Source: Clostridia bacterium
GTDB lineage: Bacteria; Bacillota; Clostridia; Christensenellales; QAND01
Reading direction: 5' to 3'
NCBI GenBank assembly: GCA_017439715.1
Contig: JAFSIR010000010.1
Location: 22,726-46,725 of the forward strand
Length of the DNA stretch: 24,000 bases
Part shown: positions 1-6,746 of the stretch, one piece after another
Position numbering within the stretch: position 1 is the stretch's first letter
Layout of the letters: each line of letters opens with the position of its first letter
Program-made: the position numbers and the translations under genes
The notes under the pieces: model-generated
Database searches by the model: none
What the model saw: the letters and a program-made list of their open reading frames with translations, nothing else
What the model was told of the DNA's origin: nothing

Positions 1-2
1 TG

Positions 3-1946
3 GTGGCCGGTATCGTCGCTCATGTTGACGCCGGCAAAACAACACTGTCTGAAAGCATCCTGTTCGCAACCGGGCGCATCCAGCGCCCCGGCCGCGTGGA
101 TCAGGGCAGCGCTCATCTTGACACGCATGAACTGGAAAAACGCCGGGGAATTACCATCTTTTCCTCTCAGGCGGTTATTGAGATCGGCCAAACACAGATC
201 ACCTTGGTGGACACGCCCGGCCACGTGGATTTTTCCGCTGAAATGGAGCGGGCACTGTCCGTTTTGGATTATGCCGTTCTTGTGATCAGCGGCACTGACG
301 GCGTGCAGGCGCACACGGAAACGCTCTGGCGGCTGTTGGCGCAATACCGCATCCCCGTGTTTCTGTTCATCACCAAAATGGATATGCCCAATACAGATCG
401 GGCGGCCGTGCTGGCCGGCCTGCAGCAGCGGCTGCACTCCGCCTGCCTTGATTTTACCGTGCCCGATCCGGAACAGATTGCTCTGTGCGATGAACGGGCG
501 CTGTCCGTTTTTCTTGAAACAGGCGAACTGCCCAATGAAATGATCACCGCCCTGATCCGTGAGCGGCGGCTGTTCCCCTGCTTTTTCGGCTCCGGCCTGC
601 AGATGACAGGGGTGGATGCGCTGCTGCGCGCCCTGTCTGATTACACCATCGAGCCACCGGCAGGCAATGAGTTTGCCGCCAAAGTATATAAAGTGTCGCG
701 TGATGGGCAAAACAACCGCCTCACGTTTATGAAAATCACCGGCGGGGCGCTCAAAGTGCGCGCCCCCGTTTCCATCACGCTGCCGAACGGCGAAATTGTG
801 GAAGAAAAGGTGGCGCAGATCCGCCGTTACACCGGCGAAAAATTTGAAACGGTGGAACAGGCCCTGCCCGGCAGTGTGTATGCCGTGCTGGGGCTGACAC
901 AAACGCGGCCGGGGCAAGCCCTCGGTGCACAGGCGGATGGGGCCGCCCCGATTCTCACCCCCGCGCTGTCGTATCGCCTGCTGCTGCCCGAAGGGTGCGA
1001 TCCGCGCACCGCGCTGCCCAAGCTGCGCCTTTTGGAGGAGGAAGACCCGCTGCTCCATGTAGCATGGGATGAGCGGGCGCGTGAGATCCGCGTGCAGCTG
1101 ATGGGCCAGATCCAAACCGAGATTTTAAAAAGCCTTCTCCTGTCCCGCTTCGGCCTGGCCGCCGAGGTGGATGAAGGCACCGTTTTATATAAAGAAACCA
1201 TCCTTGCGCCCGTGGAAGGCGTGGGACATTTTGAGCCGCTGCGCCATTACGCCGAGGTGCATCTGCTGCTCGAGCCGCTGCCTGCGGGCAGTGGGCTTGT
1301 GTTCCGCTCCGCCTGCCACACGGATGATCTTGCGCTGAACTGGCAGCGCCTGATCCTCACGCATTTGAAAGAAAAAGAGCATCTGGGCGTGCTCATCGGT
1401 GCGCCGATCACCGATTTGGCCATCACGCTTCTTTCCGGCCGCGCGCATTTAAAACACACCGAGGGCGGCGATTTTCGCCAGGCCACCTACCGCGCCGTTC
1501 GGCAGGGCCTTATGCAGGCCCAAAGCCGGTTGCTTGAGCCGGTTTACCGTTTTTCGCTGGAAGTGCCGGGGGATTGCCTGGGCCGTGCGCTGGGCGATAT
1601 TCAGCGGTTTGGCGGGCAGAGCGATCCACCCCAGCCCCTGGGTGATGGGATGCTTCTGCGCGGCACGGCCCCCGTTAGTGCCATGCGCAATTATATGAAG
1701 GAAGTGGCCGCTTACACCCGCGGCCGCGGCCGCTTTTCCTGCTATGTGGAGGGCTATCAGCCCTGCCGCAATGAAGAAGAGGTGTGCCTTGCCGCCGCGT
1801 ATAACCCCGAGCATGATATTGAAAACACGCCCGATTCCGTTTTCTGTTCGCACGGCGCCGGTTTCCCCGTGAAATGGCATGAAGTGCCCCAGTATATGCA
1901 TTTGCCCTGCACGCTTCCCTTTCAGGGCGGCGGATCAACCCATTAA
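3..1946 (+). CDS. Translation-factor GTPase of the EF-G / TetM-TetO ribosomal-protection family (5' end probably cut by the window edge)
   Basis: 647-aa ORF open to the window edge. It carries the P-loop AHVDAGKTT, DTPGHVDF and TKMD GTPase motifs. Length and domain order are colinear with TetM/TetO (about 640 aa), but identity to classical Tet(M)/(W) appears low by eye. The first codon in the track is a GTG at position 3, and family members normally have a few more N-terminal residues. Confidence 0.85.
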   Translation: MAGIVAHVDAGKTTLSESILFATGRIQRPGRVDQGSAHLDTHELEKRRGITIFSSQAVIEIGQTQITLVDTPGHVDFSAEMERALSVLDYAVLVISGTDGVQAHTETLWRLLAQYRIPVFLFITKMDMPNTDRAAVLAGLQQRLHSACLDFTVPDPEQIALCDERALSVFLETGELPNEMITALIRERRLFPCFFGSGLQMTGVDALLRALSDYTIEPPAGNEFAAKVYKVSRDGQNNRLTFMKITGGALKVRAPVSITLPNGEIVEEKVAQIRRYTGEKFETVEQALPGSVYAVLGLTQTRPGQALGAQADGAAPILTPALSYRLLLPEGCDPRTALPKLRLLEEEDPLLHVAWDERAREIRVQLMGQIQTEILKSLLLSRFGLAAEVDEGTVLYKETILAPVEGVGHFEPLRHYAEVHLLLEPLPAGSGLVFRSACHTDDLALNWQRLILTHLKEKEHLGVLIGAPITDLAITLLSGRAHLKHTEGGDFRQATYRAVRQGLMQAQSRLLEPVYRFSLEVPGDCLGRALGDIQRFGGQSDPPQPLGDGMLLRGTAPVSAMRNYMKEVAAYTRGRGRFSCYVEGYQPCRNEEEVCLAAAYNPEHDIENTPDSVFCSHGAGFPVKWHEVPQYMHLPCTLPFQGGGSTH

Positions 1947-1963
1947 TCTGAAGGAGAAACACC

Positions 1964-2323
1964 ATGCAAACTCTGCATCTAAGCGAAATGATGGACCGCC
2001 AGAAAATCCTGTTTGAACAGAACAAGGCAAAATGGTCACCCATGGAACCGGCCTACGGGCGCAATTTTCTTTTGTGGATGTTCGAAGAAATGGGCGAGTG
2101 CATCGCCATCATCAAGAAAAAGGGCGATGCCGAGATCATGGCCGACCCCGCCGTTCGTGCCGCATTTTTAGAGGAAATGAGCGATGTTTTGATGTATTTC
2201 ACCGATACCCTGCTGCGCTACGGCGTTTCTGCGCAGGAGTTTTCCGCCGCCTACCGACAGAAAAACGATGCCAACATGAAACGCACCTATTATCAGGAGT
2301 TTCGCGAAACCCCCAACGCCTGA
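1964..2323 (+). CDS. MazG-like all-alpha nucleoside triphosphate pyrophosphohydrolase
   Basis: 119-aa ORF with RBS GGAGA 7 nt upstream of the ATG. It has the paired acidic motifs FEEMGE and EEMSDVLMY typical of MazG/dimeric-dUTPase-type NTP-PPases. It starts 17 nt after the upstream GTPase gene. Confidence 0.75.
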   Translation: MQTLHLSEMMDRQKILFEQNKAKWSPMEPAYGRNFLLWMFEEMGECIAIIKKKGDAEIMADPAVRAAFLEEMSDVLMYFTDTLLRYGVSAQEFSAAYRQKNDANMKRTYYQEFRETPNA

Positions 2324-2373
2324 CCGTGGCGCGCCAGCGCATTTTGCTCCGGCTGCTTCATCGTTGTGCCAAT

Positions 2374-2409
2374 CAAAAAAACGGGGCGGTTATCCGCCCC
2401 GTTTTTTTG
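2374..2409. terminator. Bidirectional intrinsic terminator between the MazG-like gene (+) and the UPF0126 gene (-)
   Basis: The sequence aaaaaaACGGGGCGGttatCCGCCCCGTttttttt forms a 9-bp GC-rich stem flanked by an A-run and a T-run. Confidence 0.8.
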
Positions 2410-2419
2410 ATTGGCTTTT

Positions 2420-3064
2420 TTATTGTTCCAGTTTGATACGCGGCAGGTTCCAGCGGAAACGAATGGCGCACAGGCGCAGCGCGATCACCACGAAGAACGC
2501 AATCAAAGTTGCCGCTGCGCGTGGCAGAACCCGCATGAGCAGCAGCAGGGTGACTGCGCCGGCCAGCGATGCCACGGCATAAATGTGTTTTTTAAACACA
2601 TGCGGCACGGAACCGCTCAAAGAATCGCTCAAAATGCCGCCGCCGATGCCGCTGATCACGCCAACGAACAGCAGCACAGTCACGCCGCTTTCCGGCGCAA
2701 AACGCAGGGTGGATTCAATCCCCAGCACGGTAAACGCGGCAAGGCCCACGGTGTCTGCCGCGGTCAGCAGCCAGGCCAGCAGGCGCCTGAACGTTTGAGA
2801 GGCCCGAAAAGCGCCAATATACAGCACCAGGAACAGCAGCAGCGAAACGGTGATCGCAATCAGCACATACTGCGGATCACAAAACGCAAGGGGCGGGGTG
2901 CGCCCGATCACAAGATCGCGCACAACGCCGCCGCCCACGGCAGTAACAACGCCCAGAATGATCACCCCGAACAGGTCAAGCTCCCGCTGCACGCCCTTGA
3001 TGGCCCCCGAAACCGCAAAGGCGACCGTGCCCACCAATTCCATTACCAAAAACAAACCGTCCAT
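2420..3064 (-). CDS. UPF0126 / TRIC-type 'glycine transporter' domain membrane protein (YadS-like)
   Basis: The track ORF runs 2420..3100. I place the start at the internal ATG at 3064 (MDGLFLVMELVGTVAFAVSGA...), which has GGAGG (3071-3075) 6 nt upstream. The protein has multiple TM segments and duplicated G-rich VxAxGGGxxRD-type motifs. A glycine riboswitch lies directly upstream. Confidence 0.85.
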   Translation of the reverse strand: MDGLFLVMELVGTVAFAVSGAIKGVQRELDLFGVIILGVVTAVGGGVVRDLVIGRTPPLAFCDPQYVLIAITVSLLLFLVLYIGAFRASQTFRRLLAWLLTAADTVGLAAFTVLGIESTLRFAPESGVTVLLFVGVISGIGGGILSDSLSGSVPHVFKKHIYAVASLAGAVTLLLLMRVLPRAAATLIAFFVVIALRLCAIRFRWNLPRIKLEQ

Positions 3065-3081
3065 CTTTTTCCTCCAACAAA

Positions 3082-3255
3082 AAAACAGAGCGATCCCCAA
3101 ATAAAGGGTGATGCTCTGTCCTTTTACCTGAAAGATTGGCTTCTTCGGTGTTATGGGTGCATAAACTCTCCAGAGTGTGTCAGGAACCGAGTCTGTTTAC
3201 CTGAGAGTGTGGCCCCTTCGGTATCCTTTATGCAGGATTCTCCCCGATCCGTCAT
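3082..3255 (-). promoter_or_regulatory. Tandem glycine riboswitch (two aptamers plus terminator expression platform)
   Basis: Minus-strand read of aptamer 1: GGGGAGAA...ACCGAAGGGGCC..CUCUCAGGUAAACAGAC. Aptamer 2: CUCUGGAGAG...CACCGAAGAAGCC..CUUUCAGGUAAAAGGACAGAG. Both match the glycine-aptamer hallmarks GGAGAG / CACCGAAGGGGC / CUCAGGCAAAAGGAC. The 3' P1 strand ACAGAGC is shared with a terminator stem ACAGAGC...GCUCUGU followed by a U-run (3119-3082), which is the layout of an ON switch. Confidence 0.85.
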
Positions 3256-3286
3256 CCATCGATCTATTCTGTTTTCAACGAAACCC

Positions 3287-3315
3287 AATATAGCACAGCG
3301 GCCCGGTGCGCGCAA
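3287..3315 (-). promoter_or_regulatory. Sigma-A-type promoter for the riboswitch / UPF0126 transcript
   Basis: Minus strand reads TTGCGC (3315-3310), a 17-nt spacer, then TGcTATATT (extended -10; hexamer 3292-3287). This lies about 30 nt upstream of the first aptamer. Confidence 0.5.
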
Positions 3316-3328
3316 TCTGTTTTTCATC

Positions 3329-3362
3329 AAAAAGGGGCGGCCGTGCACGGCCGAAACCGCCT
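3329..3362 (-). terminator. Intrinsic terminator downstream of ktrA
   Basis: Minus strand reads GGCGGUUUCGGCCGUGCACGGCCGCCCCUUUUU immediately after the ktrA stop codon. Confidence 0.7.
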
Positions 3363-3363
3363 T

Positions 3364-4038
3364 TTATTCCGCCAATGCATCGGCAAACCGGTCCAGATTG
3401 GCTTTGGTGCCGGAAACATAGAGAATATCGCCCTTTTGAAACACATAGTTCGGCCCGATGGATTCCATAACGGTGCCGGCGTTTTCCACCGCAATGATGT
3501 TGATGCCGTATTCCTTGCGCGGCTGAAGATCGATCACCGTGGTGTTCACCATGCTTTCGGGCACCATAAGCTTTGAGATGTTCAGTTTCTCGCTCAGCTG
3601 AATATAGTCAAGCGCCCGGGCGGATTCCAGCCGCCGCGCCAAACGGATGCCCATGTCCCGCTCCGGATACACCACCTGTGCGCCCAGCTTTTCCAAAATC
3701 TCGCCGTGCTCGGCGCTGGTGGCTTTGGCGATCACCGTGCTCACCCCCAGGCTGACAAGGTTCAGCGTGGTGAGAATGGAGGTTTCCAAGTGCGAGCCGA
3801 TGCAGACCACCGCAACATCGCACTGCTGGATGCCCACTTCCATCAGCGATTTTTTGTCCAGGGATTTTACGACATACGCGTTTTCCGTGTAATCGCGCAT
3901 CTCGCGCACTTTCTCTTCGTCCCGGTCCATCACCATGATATCTGCGCCCGATTGCGCCAGTTCCAGCGCCAGCGCGTGCCCAAACCGGCCAAGGCCGATG
4001 ATCCCATATGTATGCTCCTGTTTTTTGCTTTTAAACAT
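3364..4038 (-). CDS. ktrA: K+ uptake system peripheral NAD-binding subunit (TrkA-N + TrkA-C; KtrA/TrkA)
   Basis: 224 aa. It has a Rossmann GxGxxG motif (IIGLGRFGHALALEL) followed by a C-terminal TrkA-C-like region. It starts 14 nt downstream of ktrB. Confidence 0.9.
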   Translation of the reverse strand: MFKSKKQEHTYGIIGLGRFGHALALELAQSGADIMVMDRDEEKVREMRDYTENAYVVKSLDKKSLMEVGIQQCDVAVVCIGSHLETSILTTLNLVSLGVSTVIAKATSAEHGEILEKLGAQVVYPERDMGIRLARRLESARALDYIQLSEKLNISKLMVPESMVNTTVIDLQPRKEYGINIIAVENAGTVMESIGPNYVFQKGDILYVSGTKANLDRFADALAE

Positions 4039-4051
4039 ATTTCATCTCTCC

Positions 4052-5350
4052 TTATCCGATGGCAATATCGCCCTGAGGATATCTGACACGTTCGCCTTTA
4101 TTGAAATACCACAGCGTGGCAATGGTCATCGGCCCCAGGCGGCCAATAAACATGATCACAATGCACAGCAGCCTTGCGCCCGTGCCCAGCAGCGGTGTGA
4201 TGCCCGTTGAAAGGCCTACCGTACCAAAGGCACTGACGATCTCAAACAGCCCGTCTGCCAGCGCGACCTGCGGCTCCATCAACAGCAGCAGATATGTGCC
4301 CGTTATGACAACGCCCAGCGCGAGCAGCATGATCACCGCCGCTTTTTTAAACGATTCTTCCGGGATCGTGTATTTAAACGCTTTTTCTTCCTGATTGGTG
4401 GCCGCTGATTTGATGCCCTGCAGCAGCACAAAAACCGTGCTCGTTTTGATGCCGCCGCCCGTTGAACCCGGCGACGCACCGATCAGCATCAGCGCCATCA
4501 TCACGATCAGGCCCGGCTTTGTGAACCCGCTCAGCGCATAGGTGGAGTATCCGGCCGTTCTGGCGGAAACGGAATTGAAAAATGCGCCCATCCACGGCAT
4601 GTTTTCGCTCAGCCTGAACAGCACCGTGCCGCCCGCGATCAGCGCCGCGCTGGTGGACAGCACCACCCTGGCGTGCAGGGAAAGCTTTTTCCATTTAAAC
4701 CGTTTTTCCCATACTTCGCGGATAACCAGAAACCCGATGCCGCCAAAAATGATCAGCGCGCAGGTGACCAGATTCAGCAGCACGTTGCTTTGATACGGCA
4801 CCAGGCTCTGCATGTTGCCCAGAACATCAAACCCGGCGTTGTTAAACGCGGCAATGGCATGGAACAAGCTCACGCTGATGGCTTTTTTGATGGGAAAATC
4901 CTGCACGAACACAAAAAAGCTCAGTACTGCGCCGACCAGCTGAAACGAAACGGTGGTTAAAAACACGTTTTTTAAAAACCGCACCACGCTTTTGCCGGGG
5001 CTGAGGTTCATCGCTTCGCGGATCAGCATGCCGCCTTTGAGGTTCATGTGCCGCCCCAGCGCCAAAATGATGCCCGCGCCCACAGCCGTTACCCCCAGCC
5101 CGCCGATCTGGATCAGCACCGCAATGATGAATTGGCCAAGCGGGGAAAACGTGTCCGCCGTGTCAACCACAACAAGCCCCGTAACACATACGGCGCTGGT
5201 GGACGTATACAGTGCATCCATATATGTGACCGACCGGCCTTCCTTAACACAGCACGGCAGGCTGAGCAGCAGCGACCCGAGCAGGATCACCAGCACAAAG
5301 CCCAGCGCAATAATGCGCGCCGGCGGCTGTTTTTTTATAAAATTTTTCAT
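4052..5350 (-). CDS. ktrB: K+ transporter membrane subunit (TrkH/KtrB family)
   Basis: The track ORF runs 4052..5536. I place the start at the internal ATG at 5350 (MKNFIKKQPPARIIALGF...), which has AGAGGGA 5 nt upstream and gives about 433 aa, the usual KtrB size. The protein is polytopic with repeated selectivity-filter-like TGL/GGLG/GFD/TGG segments. The upstream 62 codons lack membrane-protein character. Confidence 0.9.
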   Translation of the reverse strand: MKNFIKKQPPARIIALGFVLVILLGSLLLSLPCCVKEGRSVTYMDALYTSTSAVCVTGLVVVDTADTFSPLGQFIIAVLIQIGGLGVTAVGAGIILALGRHMNLKGGMLIREAMNLSPGKSVVRFLKNVFLTTVSFQLVGAVLSFFVFVQDFPIKKAISVSLFHAIAAFNNAGFDVLGNMQSLVPYQSNVLLNLVTCALIIFGGIGFLVIREVWEKRFKWKKLSLHARVVLSTSAALIAGGTVLFRLSENMPWMGAFFNSVSARTAGYSTYALSGFTKPGLIVMMALMLIGASPGSTGGGIKTSTVFVLLQGIKSAATNQEEKAFKYTIPEESFKKAAVIMLLALGVVITGTYLLLLMEPQVALADGLFEIVSAFGTVGLSTGITPLLGTGARLLCIVIMFIGRLGPMTIATLWYFNKGERVRYPQGDIAIG

Positions 5351-5484
5351 TATATCCCTCTTTTCAGGGCCGTTTCCCGCCCTGATATCTAAGATAATAA
5401 TATCATATACCCTATGCAAATTCATCATTTTCTTGCCGTGCAGCGCCCGGCGCAGCAACGAAAACCGGCTCTTTCCGTTTTTGG

Positions 5485-5519
5485 CAAAAAAATCGGAGCA
5501 AAGCGAACTTTGCTCCGAT
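5485..5519 (-). terminator. Strong minus-strand intrinsic terminator about 135 nt upstream of the ktrB start
   Basis: Minus strand reads AUCGGAGCAAAGuucgCUUUGCUCCGAU followed by UUUUUUU. The stem is 12 bp and perfect. There is no T-run on the plus-strand side. Confidence 0.8.
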
Positions 5520-5800
5520 GTGCACACTATTGACAATATAAATATTCAAAGTACAAAACTAACTCTTTAAATGGCACTTTGAGATTGATTCAGCGGCGAT
5601 CCTATACTCTGCACTCTCCGATCTGCCGAGCGCCCCGGGCGCTTGCGGCACATTGTTCGTGCTCGAGATTCTACAGTATGCAAAAGCTGTCGCGCTTTTG
5701 CGGCTGCTCCAATGAAAATGCCTCGCATTGGTTCGTTTGGGTGACCCGCTAAATCAAAACCACCACTTCAAGTGGTGGTTTACCCTAGCCCTATAAGGGC
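5520..5800 (-). ncRNA. Candidate structured noncoding RNA of unknown family (strand and ends uncertain)
   Basis: No credible ORF is present. There is a 12-bp long-range helix at 5585-5596/5746-5757 whose single non-Watson-Crick pair is G-U only on the minus strand. It encloses hairpins at 5629-5643, 5648-5662, 5680-5701 (8 bp) and 5709-5731, and abuts a 10-bp hairpin at 5758-5780. On the minus strand it is bracketed by gTGACc-17-TATAAT (5831-5803) and the terminator at 5485-5519. Confidence 0.3.
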
Positions 5801-5859
5801 TTATTATAGGCTCGGGCCCCTAAAGGGTCACCGAAAGTTTAGCACCGCATTACCTTTTC

Positions 5860-5883
5860 AGGCCGCCGCTAAAGCGGCCTTTT
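5860..5883 (+). terminator. Terminator-like hairpin on the plus strand (function unclear)
   Basis: AGGCCGCcgctaaaGCGGCCU followed by UUUU(C)UU on the plus strand. A possible matching plus-strand promoter is TTGACA-16-TACAAA at 5530-5557. This competes with the minus-strand interpretation of the same block. Confidence 0.3.
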
Positions 5884-5992
5884 CTTATGCCCTACTATTC
5901 TTGCGGCCCGTAAACGGGTCACTATACTCTTTTAGTGTCATTTGGTCTATCTCATAGTCCTCTTTCATTTGGCTTTGCATATATCTCTCTAT

Positions 5993-6447
5993 TCAACGGT
6001 TAACTGTTCGTTTCTTTCTCTTAACAACAGTGAGAGCAATCAATGCACCGCTGCTGATTAAAAGCAGGGCAATCCACAACGCCATATTGCTGTTATCTCC
6101 GGCCTGCGGAGACTGAAAATCGTTCGGCGCAGGCAAGGAATTTTCTGTATAGATAGCATTGATTATTATATCGGAAGTTATGTTTTTACCATCGTGATCC
6201 CATTTTCCGGTATAACCATTCTTGGCAGGAACTGTAGGCGATGTGGCATCCTTGCCATGTCCCACGGTCTGTATGCTGATGGTCTCGCCATCTGCCTTGT
6301 AGGTCGGCATAATTCTTATAAACGGTTATCTTATACTCGGTGACATTTCCTGCCTTATCGATAGCGGTTACGGTATGCTCGGTATTATCTGCGCTAATTA
6401 TATACTCGTTAAAAATATCTACGGTAAGCTGATTTCTGACGAGACTT
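5993..6447 (-). pseudogene. 5'-truncated, frameshifted remnant of a cell-surface (wall-anchored) protein gene
   Basis: The distal frame (6310..5993) encodes ...PAKNGYTGKWDHDG (Listeria-Bacteroides-type repeat flavour). It ends with a sorting-signal-like tail: SPQAGD, a hydrophobic helix, then KRKKR. A different frame upstream (about 6447..6305) reads LTVDIFNEYIISADNTEHTVTAIDKAGNVTEYKITVYKNYADL, which is Ig-like surface-domain flavour. That frame has no start codon and runs straight into the tRNA terminator. The region is visibly AT-richer than the rest of the window. Confidence 0.7.
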
Positions 6448-6458
6448 CCGTATAATGC

Positions 6459-6486
6459 AAAAAACCGCTTTATTAAGCGGTTTTTT
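6459..6486. terminator. Intrinsic terminator downstream of the tRNA pair (symmetric A/T flanks)
   Basis: aaaaaaCCGCUUuauuAAGCGGuuuuuu, located 30 nt after the 3' end of tRNA-Met on the minus strand. Confidence 0.75.
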
Positions 6487-6516
6487 GGGACAATATCTTA
6501 TATTGTCAATGATATA

Positions 6517-6593
6517 TGGTAGCGGCGATGTGACTCGAACACATGACACTCCGGGTATGAACCGAATGCTCTGGCCAACTGAGCTACGCCGCC
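6517..6593 (-). tRNA. tRNA with anticodon CAT, elongator-Met type (could alternatively be lysidine-modified tRNA-Ile2)
   Basis: The minus strand gives GGCGGCGUAGCUCAGUUGGCCAGAGCAUUCGGUUCAUACCCGGAGUGUCAUGUGUUCGAGUCACAUCGCCGCUACCA. This is 77 nt and folds as a full cloverleaf by hand, with a G1-U72 pair and an encoded CCA. Confidence 0.9.
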
Positions 6594-6628
6594 ATATAGA
6601 AGCTGCACAAATGCGCAGCTTGTTTGTT

Positions 6629-6706
<78 letters not shown>

Positions 6707-6717
6707 TTAGCTATTCA

Positions 6718-6746
6718 ATTATATTTACTGGCGATCAATCTGTCAA
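6718..6746 (-). promoter_or_regulatory. Consensus sigma-A promoter for the tRNA-fMet/tRNA-Met operon
   Basis: Minus strand reads TTGACA (6746-6741), a 17-nt spacer, then TATAAT (6723-6718), placed 11 nt upstream of tRNA position 1. The -35 element lies inside the last codons of the Ppx/GppA gene. Confidence 0.75.

Noticed and set aside
3-1946. Calling the first gene an acquired tetracycline-resistance determinant tet(M)/(O)/(W).
   Set aside because: Only the family architecture and GTPase motifs match. The sequence is clearly divergent from the mobile tet genes as I remember them, and no mobile-element context is visible. A resistance phenotype cannot be inferred.
3151-3348. A 65-aa minus-strand ORF upstream of the UPF0126 gene.
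   Set aside because: It lies entirely within the glycine riboswitch aptamers and promoter, so it is an RNA element and not coding.
5592-5600. A 9-nt identity (agcggcgat) between this site and the 3' acceptor region of tRNA-Met (6521-6529), considered as a possible att-site duplicate marking an island boundary.
   Set aside because: It is too short to be convincing. A terminator separates the tRNA from the putative island, and no integrase or other mobile-element gene is present. Other short repeats in the block (ctatactct twice, ccgctaaa twice, taaa(c)gggtcac twice) are about what chance predicts for 8-9-mers in about 500 nt.
5700-5735. GGAGCAGCC on the minus strand, which resembles the SRP RNA domain IV GGAAGCAGCC.
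   Set aside because: The flanking GUCAGGUCC-GGAA tetraloop hairpin and the pairing partner strand are missing, so this is not an SRP RNA.
5351-5760. A c-di-AMP (ydaO/kimA-type) riboswitch upstream of ktrB, as is common for ktrAB in Firmicutes.
   Set aside because: I found only two weak, wrongly spaced resemblances (UAGCGGGUCACCCA versus ACGGGGGACCCA, and CCGCUGAAUC versus GGGGUGAAUC). The conserved CAGCUAACCUCGUAAGC segment and the pseudo-two-fold layout are absent. A covariance-model search is still advisable.
5772-5957. A 61-aa plus-strand ORF (GTG start), plus small minus-strand ORFs at 5885-5980 (31 aa) and 5567-5728 (about 53 aa, Arg-rich), all inside the orphan block.
   Set aside because: None has a convincing RBS. 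They overlap the strongest predicted RNA helices and have no recognisable motifs. I kept them as a caveat under the structured-RNA finding rather than reporting them as genes.
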